Source of the DNA: Verrucomicrobiota bacterium
Lineage (GTDB): Bacteria; Verrucomicrobiota; Verrucomicrobiia; Verrucomicrobiales; Akkermansiaceae
NCBI GenBank assembly: GCA_046052105.1
Contig: JBJOMZ010000001.1
Span: forward strand, 596 to 64,595
Direction of reading: 5' to 3'
Length of the DNA stretch: 64,000 bases
Shown: positions 41,022 to 49,718 of the stretch, one piece after another
How the letters are laid out: the number at the start of each line of letters is the position of its first letter
How positions within the stretch are numbered: the stretch's first letter is position 1
Translations under genes and position numbers: made by a program
The notes under the pieces: generated by a model
Told to the model about the DNA's origin: nothing
Databases searched by the model: none
What the model saw: only the letters and a program-made list of their open reading frames with translations

Positions 41022-44000
41022 ATGAAAAAGCATCAGCATACATCGTGGATTCTCAAGTCTATCGTATTTGTATTGGCTGCGTTAGCGACAGCCAAGGGCG
41101 CAGACTCCGACTTCGACGGCTTGGATGATACCGTGGAAACGAACACTGGCATTTATGTTTCGCCGTCGAACACAGGAACGAATCCAAGCGCTGCGGATAG
41201 TGATGGAGACGGAGTCCCGGATGGATTAGAGGTGAAAGAGAAGACGAGTCCAGTCGACGCGACGAAATTCAATTCGTTCAGCAAGGGCTTGGCAGGCTAC
41301 TGGGAGTTTGATGCAAGCTATGCCGATACATCAGGAAATCAAATTGATTTTGTAACTACTCCATATTGTGATTTTTCTGTTGGACGGAATAATAATTCGA
41401 ATGAAAGCCTGAGATTCACAAATGTCGCTGGCCGAGCAACATCTGCGAAACCAATCGAGATTTCGGGAAATCAAGATAGGACTATTTCATACTGGTGTAA
41501 ACTCCCGCAAAGCGGACTTTCAGTATCGGTGGGGTGGGGCTCAAACCAGGGTAGTCCAAGTGCACCAGGAACTGCGTCTTGCCTTGTCGCAAACTCGGAA
41601 GGCAGGGTTTTTCATTGGGGCGCGTATGCAGACATTGAATCAAATGTACGTATTACACCAAAAATATGGAATCACGTCGTAATTTCCTATAAAAATAACT
41701 TTTCTGAGGCGAAAATAGCTATTAATGGAAAAGTCTATAGCCATTTTAATGGCAGTTTAAATACACTAAATCAGCTAAATACAAGCAATACTGCAATTAA
41801 AATATCGGGTTACACATTTGGAGACATTAGTAATCAATCAATGATCGATTCCGTAAGGATTTACCGTAGAGCTCTAACAGATATAGAAATTAATCAATTA
41901 TACAAATATGAAGCGCCAAAGCTGCAAATTATTGATGGAACTTTTGCATGGAGCGCGGCTAAAGCCAATGCAGAAGCACGAGGAGGAAGATTGGCTGTTC
42001 TCAATACACCGGAAAAAATCGCAGCAGCTAATACTCTAATTTCAAGTCAAGTCACTTGGCCATCTTTGTGGATTGGCGCGGAAAAATTATCGAATTCGAC
42101 TCAATGGTCATGGATTAATGGATCTCTCTTAAATGCTAATAACTGGGGTGTCGGCGAACCAAATGGGTCGTCATCCCTCAGTCTAAATGCAATGATATGG
42201 TCTAGTGCTGATGCGCAGCCATTGAAATGGTCTGATGATAGAGGAGACGTTCTAAATCTGGGATACTTACTAGAGAAATTATACAAATTGACAGCTTCTA
42301 CTGTCACTAACGGTAATTTAGCTGGTGTCGGAGAATATCCAGAAAATGAAAATGTTTTGCTAACAGCAACACCATTGCCTGGCTACGTATTCAGCTCATG
42401 GACAGGCTCAGCTTCCGGAACAACCAACCCGCTGACAATCGCTATGGACGCGGACAAAACTGTTGGAGCTACTTTTGTTCCTGACCTTTCTGATGCGGAT
42501 GGTGACGGTATTACTGCTTATGATGAGGCAACAATCTACGGCTCCAATCCTGACCTCGCCGATACTGATGGCGATGGCATCAACGATGGCGCGGAAGTGA
42601 CGCAAGGTCGTAGCCCAAAAACAGCGGAACCTGTCATCACGAACATCACTGCAACGCAGCGATCGGGAACGAAGTTTGTGGATATCAACTATGATCTTGC
42701 ATCCCTAACGCCAACGGTCAAGGTCACTCTGGAAATTTCGAGCGATGGCGGTATCACTTACAATGTTCCTGTCGCATCGACTACCGGAGCAGTAGGCAAT
42801 GGTGTCACAGTCGGATCGGGTAAGACGATTGTTTGGAACGCAGGAGCTGATTGGGATGGCAATTTCAGCAACCAAATGCGTTTCCGATTGGCAGCCGATG
42901 ATTTGCAGGTTCCGGGGTTTTCTTTGATTCCTGCTGGAGCCTTTACGATGGGACGCACGAGCGGCGATACGGATGCCGATGCTCCGCCTGTGAATGTGAC
43001 CTTAAGTCAATTTTACATGGGCAAGTATGAGGTGACCAAGGCGGAGTGGGATGAGGTGAGGGCCTGGGCCGTGAACAACGGTTACACGGATCTGGCCACG
43101 GGTGCGGGTAAAGCGAGCAATCATCCCGTGCAGACCGTGAGTTGGTGGGATGTGATCAAATGGTGCAATGCTCGTAGCCAAAAGGAAGGGTTGACACCCT
43201 GCTACACGATAAGCGGTTCCGTGATGAAGACGGGCACGACTGCACCAACGGTGAACTGGACAGCGAATGGTTATCGTTTGCCCACAGAGGCAGAGTGGGA
43301 AAAAGCCGCCCGAGGAGGAGTGAACGGGAAACGTTTTCCTTGGGGAACCGATACGATCAGTCACAACGAGGCCAACTTTTACAATAATGGAACAGAAGCA
43401 TACAAAACAGGAACCTCGGGCTATCATCCAGTTTACGCAATAGGTGTGCAGCCATACACGTCACCTGTCGGAAGCTTTGTGGCAAATGGTTACGAACTGC
43501 ATGACATGGCGGGAAATGTTTGGGAGTGGTGTTGGGATTGGTATGGTGCATCAACGTATGTGAACAATGCTACGGATCCTCGTGGTGCTGCTTCGGGCGC
43601 GGACCGGGTGCTCCGGGGCGGCGCCTGGCTCTACGGCGCGGTCCGCTGCCGCGCCGCCTACCGCGTCAACTTCACCCCGTCGGGCGAGTACAACGACTTC
43701 GGCTTTCGTGTGGCCCGCAGCAACAGCATTACACTGGGAGTCAGCAACTCTTCATCGGCTCAAAACACCACAGTCGATATTCGAAACTTTTCTCTATCGA
43801 AAACCACCACGACAAATGGCTCGATTTCAGGTAATGCTTCCTATCTCAGTGGTTCATCCGCGACTGTCACAGCAACGCCTCAACCAGGCTATCTCTTCGG
43901 ATTATGGACTGGTGATGCCTCTGGTTCTACCAACCCCACCACAATCTTGATGGACTCCAACAAAACCGTTGGCGCCACATTCATCGAAGACACCCGCGAT

Positions 44001-47000
44001 CCTGACAACGATGGCCTGAGCAATTACCAGGAAATCATTGTGCAATTCACCAATCCTGACCTCGCCGATACCGATGGAGATGGCCTAAACGATGGTGTGG
44101 AAGTGGCCCAAGGTCGCAGCCCTAAAACGGCGGAACCAGTTATCACGAATATCACTGCAGCGCAGCGCTCGGGAACGAAAATTGTAGACATCAGCTATGA
44201 TCTTGCGTCGGTTACTCCAACAGTGAAAGTCACTATGGAAATTTCCAGCGATGGAGGTCTCACTTACAATGTTCCTGTCACATCGACTACGGGTGCGATT
44301 GGCAATGGTGTCACAATCGGAACAGGCAAGACCATTGCTTGGAACGCAGGAGCTGATTGGGATGGCAACTTTAGCAATCAAATGCGTTTCCGATTGATAG
44401 CCGATGATTTGCAGGTTCCGGGGTTTTCTCTGATTCCAGCCGGGGCGTTTACGATGGGGCGCACGAGTGGCGATACCGATACCAACGCTCCGACTGTGAA
44501 TGTGACCGTAAGTCAATTTTACATGGGCAAGTATGAAGTGACCAAAGCGGAATGGGATGAGGTGAGGGCCTGGGCCGTGAACAACGGTTATACTGATCTG
44601 GCGACGGGTGCGGGCAAAGCGAACAATCATCCCGTGCAGACCGTGAGTTGGTGGGATGTGATCAAATGGTGCAATGCCCGTAGCCAAAAGGAAGGGTTGA
44701 CACCCTGCTACACGGTAAGCGGTTCCGTGATGAAGACGGGCACGACAGAACCCACGGTAAACTGGACAGCGAATGGCTACCGACTTCCCTCCGAGGCAGA
44801 GTGGGAAAAATCTGCCCGAGGAGGAGTGAGTGGGAAACGTTTTCCTTGGGGAACCGATACGATCAGTCACAGTGAAGCGAATTTCAACAATAGCGAAAGT
44901 GAAACTTACAAATCCGGCACGACAGGCTATCATCCAACCTATGCGACAGGTTCGACGCCATATACATCTCCTGTGGGTAGTTTTTCGGCAAATGGCTTCG
45001 GTTTACACGACTTGGCGGGTAATGTTTGGGAATTGTGTTGGGATTGGCATGGAGCATTTACGTATGTGAATAACGCTACGGATCCCCTTGGAGCCGTTTC
45101 GAGCTCGGTTCGTGTGGTCAGGGGCGGCAGTTGGATCGGCAGCGCGTTCGACTGTCGCGCCTCTCACCGCAACAGCGTCACCCCGTCATACTCGAGTCAC
45201 GACGTCGGCTTCCGTTTGGCCCGCAGCAACAGCGTGACACTTGGAGTCAGCAATTCGACATCGCCACAAAACACCACGGTCGACATTCGTAACTTTTCTC
45301 TATCGAAAACCAACACGACAAATGGTTCGATTTCAGGCACTGCTTCTTATCTCAGTGGTTCGTCCGCGACTGTTACAGCCACGCCTCAACCAGGCTACCT
45401 CTTCGGATCATGGACGGGCGATGCCTCAGGTTCTGCCAACCCCACCATTATCTTGATGGATTCCGACAAAACCGTCGGAGCTACGTTCGTCGAAGACGCG
45501 CGTGATCCTGACAATGACGGATTGACTAATTATCAAGAAATCATCGTTCGCCTCACCAATCCCGACATGGCCGATACGGACTCGGACGGCGTCAACGACG
45601 GACAGGAAGTCACCGATGCCACCAACCCACTCGTTGCCGATACCGATGGCGATGGTCTCAGCGATGGCGAAGAAAGAACTCTCACCACGGATCCACTCGT
45701 CGCCGACACCGATGGTGATACGTATTACGATGGCTACGAAGTTCAATTCACCACGGATCCAAAACTGGCGACCTCGATACCGATATTCTTGCTGACCTTG
45801 AGCAATAATGGTTCGGCTCTGGGTGGCAGTTTTGCGATGTCGGGCAGCTTGGCGCACGGAACCAATGCCTCAGTCACAGCAACGCCGCTGCCGGGTTATC
45901 TGTTTGGATCATGGACCGGCAATGCATCAGGTTCTGCCAACCCCACGACAGTCCTGATGGACGCCAACAAAACCGTGGGTGCCACGTTCGTCGAAGATTC
46001 CCGTGATCCTGACAATGACGGATTGACCAACTACCAAGAAATCATCATTCGCATCACCAATCCCGATCTTGCCGATAGCGATTCCGATGGCGTCAACGAT
46101 GGACAGGAAGTGACGGATACCACCAACCCACTCGTTGCCGATACCGATGGGGATGGTCTAACGGATGGCGAAGAAAAAACTCGCACTACCAATCCCCTGG
46201 TCACCGACACCGATGCGGATGGAGTGAATGACGCGCAAGAAGTCACCGATGCGACCCATCCACTCATTGCCGATAGCGATGGCGACGGACTGACCGATGG
46301 CGACGAAAAAACCCGCACCACCAACCCGCTTTCACAAGACAGCGATGGGGATGGAGTGAGCGATGCCCAAGAAGTGACCGATGCGACAAACCCTCTCCTC
46401 GCCGATACCGATGGGGATGGAGTGAGCGACGGACAAGAAAAGACCCGCACCACCAATCCGCTGGTCACCGATTCCGATTCCGATGGTGTCAACGACGGGC
46501 AGGAAGTCATCGATACCACCAACCCTCTCGTTGCGGACACCGATGCAGATGGTCTCACGGATGGGGAAGAAAAAACGAAGGCCACCAACCCACTCGTTGT
46601 CGATAGCGATGGGGATGGTCTCACCGACGGCGAAGAAAAAACCCGCAACACGAATCCACTGGCCAAGGACACCGACGGTGATGGCTTGAGTGATTTAGAG
46701 GAAGAACTGAATACAAAGACGAATCCGCTCCTTGCCGATACGGATGGAGACTCCATTTCCGATGCTCTCGAAGACACCGACAACGACGGCATTTCCAACC
46801 TCCGTGAGGTGACAGAACTCAAGACCGATCCTTTGCTCGCCGATACGGATAAAGACGGTCTGAGCGACACCTACGAATTGGTCTACAAAGGAACCGTGGA
46901 GGCCTATGCGCCGCGCATCGGCGATCGTCTGCGCTTCGAGCTTCGCGAGCTCGTGCCGCAGGGGACGCTGAAGTTGGTGGGAACCTTGCCCACGGGTCTG

Positions 47001-48251
47001 AGCTTCAATGCCGTCACGGGAGTGCTCGAGGGCAAACTCACCGGCAAGCCCGGGTCGGTAAAATTGACCATCCAAGTCTTGAATGGCAAAACCGTGCTTC
47101 GGACCATTCCGTTTCAGTTCACCATAGCCGCATTCCCTTCCGGCCTCATCGGATCGTGGCAGGTCTTGCTGGAGGATGCGAATGGCTCACCGCAGGGGCT
47201 GATCACCACGACGGTCAAGTCGCCCGGAACCTGGAGCGCTACCTACGATGGGATTGCGACATCGACCACGCGCAGCGGCAGTGGGGTCTTTGATCTTACG
47301 CCATCGATGAATCGTGCGGCCTTTGCTGTAACCTTCCCTGCGAGCTATAACGTCGTATCTTTTTCCACCAGCTTGCAAATCGATGCCATCACGGCCTTGG
47401 CTGGTGGAACCTACGCGCAGGGGACCATGCGCGGCTTCCGCTTGGCGAAAACGGGAGAGCTGCCTACCGCAGCGCGTCAAGTCACGATGGTCATCGATCA
47501 GGGTGAACAGGACGGATACCAAGTCCCTGCGGGCTTGGGCTGGGCCACAGGCACCTTGAGCACATCGGGCAGTCTGCCCCTGAGTGGTCAACTGGGGGAT
47601 GCCCAGACTTTCCGCAAGACAGTCAACCTGGGAGCCACAGGACAAGCCATTCTGTGGGTGAAACCTTATCGCAATCTGAACTCGACGATGGGTGGCATCA
47701 TCTCGCTGCGGGACACCGGTGTGGTTCCGCCAACATCCTACGCGCCCATCCAAAACGGCCTGCTATGGCAGCGTGTGGCGGATAGTGCGGAGTTGTCGTA
47801 TGGCAGTGGTTTCGGTCCACTTGCCGCGGATGCCAGCGTCAATCCCTACCTCAAGCCGGCATCGGCGGTCGCGCTCGCCACGAATCTGGGACTCACCAAC
47901 AATCAGTTCCGCAACGTGACGTTCGATGGAGGTGGGCTCCCGAATGCCGAGCAAACCGCGGCCATGCCCGAACGATTTGTCATGGATTCCTCGTACAAAT
48001 TGGCACCGGTGGCCGTGCCGGGTCGGGTCATGGCCCTGTGGCAAGGAGGGATCAGCTCCAGTGCGGGAACGTTCAAGGGGACCATCGCTCTCGATGCCAG
48101 CAACAGCGGCATTCTCAAGGGCAATGCCGGTGTGTCAGGTGTCGTCTTCCGCCGCAACGATCTTGAGAGCGTGGGGGCAGGCTTGATCAAAATCCCCACC
48201 ACAGGCGTCAAAGGCAGCTTCCGCACCGGGGCGTTTCTGATGGATCGATGA
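41022..48251 (+). CDS. Giant secreted mosaic surface protein: TSP3 repeats, LamG, C-type lectin, 4x bacterial (InlB-B/Flg_new_2-like) repeats, 2x [beta-sandwich + FGE/SUMF1-like domain], ~25 TSP3 Ca-binding repeats, He_PIG-like Ig domain, ~500-aa unknown C-terminal region
   Basis: Signal peptide MKKHQHTSWILKSIVFVLAALATAKG at the internal ATG 41022. LamG (LAGYWEFD...VRIYRRALTDIEINQLY). C-type lectin (WIGAEK...WSWINGS...NWGVGEPNGS). FGE-like (FSLIPAGAFTMGR...NHPVQTVSWWD...YRLPTEAEWEKAARGG...NVWEWCWDWY...RGGAW...GFRVARS). DxDxDGxxDxxE repeats. LPTGLSFNAVTGVLEG. Confidence 0.85.
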   Translation: MKKHQHTSWILKSIVFVLAALATAKGADSDFDGLDDTVETNTGIYVSPSNTGTNPSAADSDGDGVPDGLEVKEKTSPVDATKFNSFSKGLAGYWEFDASYADTSGNQIDFVTTPYCDFSVGRNNNSNESLRFTNVAGRATSAKPIEISGNQDRTISYWCKLPQSGLSVSVGWGSNQGSPSAPGTASCLVANSEGRVFHWGAYADIESNVRITPKIWNHVVISYKNNFSEAKIAINGKVYSHFNGSLNTLNQLNTSNTAIKISGYTFGDISNQSMIDSVRIYRRALTDIEINQLYKYEAPKLQIIDGTFAWSAAKANAEARGGRLAVLNTPEKIAAANTLISSQVTWPSLWIGAEKLSNSTQWSWINGSLLNANNWGVGEPNGSSSLSLNAMIWSSADAQPLKWSDDRGDVLNLGYLLEKLYKLTASTVTNGNLAGVGEYPENENVLLTATPLPGYVFSSWTGSASGTTNPLTIAMDADKTVGATFVPDLSDADGDGITAYDEATIYGSNPDLADTDGDGINDGAEVTQGRSPKTAEPVITNITATQRSGTKFVDINYDLASLTPTVKVTLEISSDGGITYNVPVASTTGAVGNGVTVGSGKTIVWNAGADWDGNFSNQMRFRLAADDLQVPGFSLIPAGAFTMGRTSGDTDADAPPVNVTLSQFYMGKYEVTKAEWDEVRAWAVNNGYTDLATGAGKASNHPVQTVSWWDVIKWCNARSQKEGLTPCYTISGSVMKTGTTAPTVNWTANGYRLPTEAEWEKAARGGVNGKRFPWGTDTISHNEANFYNNGTEAYKTGTSGYHPVYAIGVQPYTSPVGSFVANGYELHDMAGNVWEWCWDWYGASTYVNNATDPRGAASGADRVLRGGAWLYGAVRCRAAYRVNFTPSGEYNDFGFRVARSNSITLGVSNSSSAQNTTVDIRNFSLSKTTTTNGSISGNASYLSGSSATVTATPQPGYLFGLWTGDASGSTNPTTILMDSNKTVGATFIEDTRDPDNDGLSNYQEIIVQFTNPDLADTDGDGLNDGVEVAQGRSPKTAEPVITNITAAQRSGTKIVDISYDLASVTPTVKVTMEISSDGGLTYNVPVTSTTGAIGNGVTIGTGKTIAWNAGADWDGNFSNQMRFRLIADDLQVPGFSLIPAGAFTMGRTSGDTDTNAPTVNVTVSQFYMGKYEVTKAEWDEVRAWAVNNGYTDLATGAGKANNHPVQTVSWWDVIKWCNARSQKEGLTPCYTVSGSVMKTGTTEPTVNWTANGYRLPSEAEWEKSARGGVSGKRFPWGTDTISHSEANFNNSESETYKSGTTGYHPTYATGSTPYTSPVGSFSANGFGLHDLAGNVWELCWDWHGAFTYVNNATDPLGAVSSSVRVVRGGSWIGSAFDCRASHRNSVTPSYSSHDVGFRLARSNSVTLGVSNSTSPQNTTVDIRNFSLSKTNTTNGSISGTASYLSGSSATVTATPQPGYLFGSWTGDASGSANPTIILMDSDKTVGATFVEDARDPDNDGLTNYQEIIVRLTNPDMADTDSDGVNDGQEVTDATNPLVADTDGDGLSDGEERTLTTDPLVADTDGDTYYDGYEVQFTTDPKLATSIPIFLLTLSNNGSALGGSFAMSGSLAHGTNASVTATPLPGYLFGSWTGNASGSANPTTVLMDANKTVGATFVEDSRDPDNDGLTNYQEIIIRITNPDLADSDSDGVNDGQEVTDTTNPLVADTDGDGLTDGEEKTRTTNPLVTDTDADGVNDAQEVTDATHPLIADSDGDGLTDGDEKTRTTNPLSQDSDGDGVSDAQEVTDATNPLLADTDGDGVSDGQEKTRTTNPLVTDSDSDGVNDGQEVIDTTNPLVADTDADGLTDGEEKTKATNPLVVDSDGDGLTDGEEKTRNTNPLAKDTDGDGLSDLEEELNTKTNPLLADTDGDSISDALEDTDNDGISNLREVTELKTDPLLADTDKDGLSDTYELVYKGTVEAYAPRIGDRLRFELRELVPQGTLKLVGTLPTGLSFNAVTGVLEGKLTGKPGSVKLTIQVLNGKTVLRTIPFQFTIAAFPSGLIGSWQVLLEDANGSPQGLITTTVKSPGTWSATYDGIATSTTRSGSGVFDLTPSMNRAAFAVTFPASYNVVSFSTSLQIDAITALAGGTYAQGTMRGFRLAKTGELPTAARQVTMVIDQGEQDGYQVPAGLGWATGTLSTSGSLPLSGQLGDAQTFRKTVNLGATGQAILWVKPYRNLNSTMGGIISLRDTGVVPPTSYAPIQNGLLWQRVADSAELSYGSGFGPLAADASVNPYLKPASAVALATNLGLTNNQFRNVTFDGGGLPNAEQTAAMPERFVMDSSYKLAPVAVPGRVMALWQGGISSSAGTFKGTIALDASNSGILKGNAGVSGVVFRRNDLESVGAGLIKIPTTGVKGSFRTGAFLMDR
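42546..45226 (+). repeat. Intragenic tandem duplication: two 1506-bp modules (TSP3 linker + beta-sandwich + FGE-like domain + bacterial repeat)
   Basis: aatcctgacctcgccgata... at 42546 recurs at 44052, and gcccgcagcaacagc at 43713 recurs at 45219 (offset 1506). The first ~800 bp of each copy are near-identical; for example the 70-nt run cagaccgtgagttggtgggatgtgatcaaatggtgcaatgc.cgtagccaaaaggaagggttgacaccctgc has one mismatch. The 3' third is much more diverged. Confidence 0.85.
45480..46870 (+). repeat. Array of thrombospondin-type-3-like calcium-binding repeats (coding)
   Basis: ~23-aa periodic units, NPLVADTDGDGL(T/S)DGEEKTRTT alternating with DSDGDGVNDGQEVTD. They produce a spurious SPSVS-rich antisense ORF (46031..46870). 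Confidence 0.8.
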
Positions 48252-48724
48252 AGCGTCCCGTTGGGACGCAGGGGGTTGATTGGTTGCGTTACCCACGGAT
48301 GCTCCGTGGGCTGAAATCAATCGTCCTGTTAGGACGGGGAAGACAGGCATAGAACCATGTGATTCCGGTCTTCGGTCCCCAAGGGACCATTCATCCCAGC
48401 CCACGGAGAAACCGTGGGGAGAGCATTTTCCCAAATATTTCGCGTCCTAAAAGGACGCTTCATCAGGGGGTATCCGAAGATCATGCCGCACGACGCAAGT
48501 GTTTCGATGAAGCGTCCCGTTGGGACGCAGGGGGTGATTGTTGGATCTGACCCACGGATGTTCCGTGGGCTGAAATCAATCGTCCTGTTAGGACGGGGAA
48601 GGCAGACATAATACCATGTGATTCCGGTCTTCGGTCCCCTTGGGGACCCTTCATCCCAGCCCACGGAGAAACCGTGGGAGAGTGTTCCCCCCAAACATTT
48701 TGCGTCCTAACAGGACGCTTCATC
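48247..48724 (+). repeat. REPIN-like units 1 and 2
   Basis: Each unit starts gatgaagcgtcccgttgggacgc and ends gcgtccta(a/c)aaggacgcttcatc, which is the reverse complement of the start. Internal hairpins: cccacgg-N5-ccgtggg (twice), cgtcct-gtt-aggacg and ggtccc-N3-gggacc. Unit 1 begins inside the stop codon of the giant gene. Confidence 0.85.
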
Positions 48725-48736
48725 AGGGGAGGTGCT

Positions 48737-49189
48737 TCAATCCCACAAATGCGTTTCGTCAACGATGATCCCATTTTTCCGCACCAAATTTCGATACTCA
48801 TCTTGAAATGATAGGGTTTTGTGGTGCTCTTCTTGATTCTCGATATAAGCAATCAGCTTTTCGAGGTGGGAAATGCTGATGGAAAAAACGCCATACCCCG
48901 CTTGCCAGGAAAAATCATAAAACTCACGTCCTTGCTCTTTGAGCCAAGAGGAGCTGGTATGTTTGATTTTTTTCGTAAAGTCGGCAATCGAACAAGTTCG
49001 CGACAGTCCTACGGCTAAATGCACATGATCGGCGGTCCCTCCAACGCGAAACATCTTACATCCCATGTTACGACCTACCTCGGCCATATAGGCATGCAAG
49101 CGATCCCGCACGGCATCAGTCATGGATCGTTCGCGTTTTTTTGTGGAAAAGACGATGTGAAGAATCACGTTGGCGAGTGAGTGTGCCAT
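48737..49189 (-). CDS. REP-associated tyrosine transposase (RAYT; IS200/IS605 Y1 HUH family)
   Basis: 150 aa. N-terminal ILHIVFSTKKRE, HUH motif DHVHLAV, WQAGYGVFS, and catalytic Tyr region LIAYIENQEEHH. Confidence 0.85.
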   Translation of the reverse strand: MAHSLANVILHIVFSTKKRERSMTDAVRDRLHAYMAEVGRNMGCKMFRVGGTADHVHLAVGLSRTCSIADFTKKIKHTSSSWLKEQGREFYDFSWQAGYGVFSISISHLEKLIAYIENQEEHHKTLSFQDEYRNLVRKNGIIVDETHLWD

Positions 49190-49221
49190 ACAAAGATCAT
49201 ATCAGACGACGCAAGTGTTTC

Positions 49222-49709
49222 GATGAAGCGTCCCGTTGGGACGCAGTGGGGGTGTTGGTTGCGTTACCCACGGATGCTCCGTGGGCTGAAATCAATCGTC
49301 CTGTTAGGACGGGAAGACAGGCAAGGAGCCATGCGATTCCGGTCCTCGGTCCCCCAAGGGACCATTCATCCCAGCCCACGGAGAAACCGTGGGAGAGCAT
49401 TTTCCCCAAACATTTTGCGTCCTAACAGGACGCTTCATCAGAGGGCGTGCGAAGATCATGCTGCACGACGCAAGTGTTTCGATGAAGCGTCCCGTTGGGA
49501 CGCATGGGGGACTTTTGGTTGCGTTACCCACGGATGCTCCGTGGGCTGAAATCAATCGTCCTGTTAGGACGGGGAAGGCAGACATAGAACCGTGCGATTC
49601 CGGTCCTCGGTCCCCAAGGGACCCTTCATCCCAGCCCACGGAGAAACCGTGGGGAGAGCATTTTCCCCAAACATTTCGCGTCCTAACAGGACGCTTCATG
49701 AGGGTCCAT
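49222..49709 (+). repeat. REPIN-like units 3 and 4
   Basis: Same architecture and orientation as units 1-2. The conserved spacer gaagatcatgc.gcacgacgcaagtgtttc precedes units 2 and 4. Confidence 0.85.
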
Positions 49710-49718
49710 GCGAAGCCG

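Larger units (their letters stand above)
48247..49709. mobile_element. RAYT locus: REP-associated tyrosine transposase flanked by two REPIN-like doublets on each side
   Basis: Four ~218-bp units with a 259-bp period: 48247-48464, 48506-48724, 49222-49439 and 49481-49709. The Y1-transposase gene lies in the middle. Confidence 0.8.

Noticed and set aside
42920-45226. FGE/SUMF1-like domains acting as the maturase for the sulfatase at 58481..60151
   Set aside because: Both domains lack the paired active-site cysteines of true formylglycine-generating enzymes and are embedded in an exported adhesin-like protein. This is more consistent with the non-catalytic or lectin-like branch of the family.
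46031-46870. 279-aa minus-strand ORF rich in SPSVS repeats
   Set aside because: It is the mirror image of the TSP3 DxDxDG repeat array of the giant gene. The sense strand has the recognisable Ca-binding motif.
48247-49709. Regularly spaced repeats that might be taken for a CRISPR array
   Set aside because: The period is 259 bp with ~218-bp units and only ~41-bp conserved spacers. Each unit is a hairpin-rich palindrome, a Y1 transposase sits in the middle, and there are no cas genes. This is a REPIN/RAYT locus, not CRISPR.
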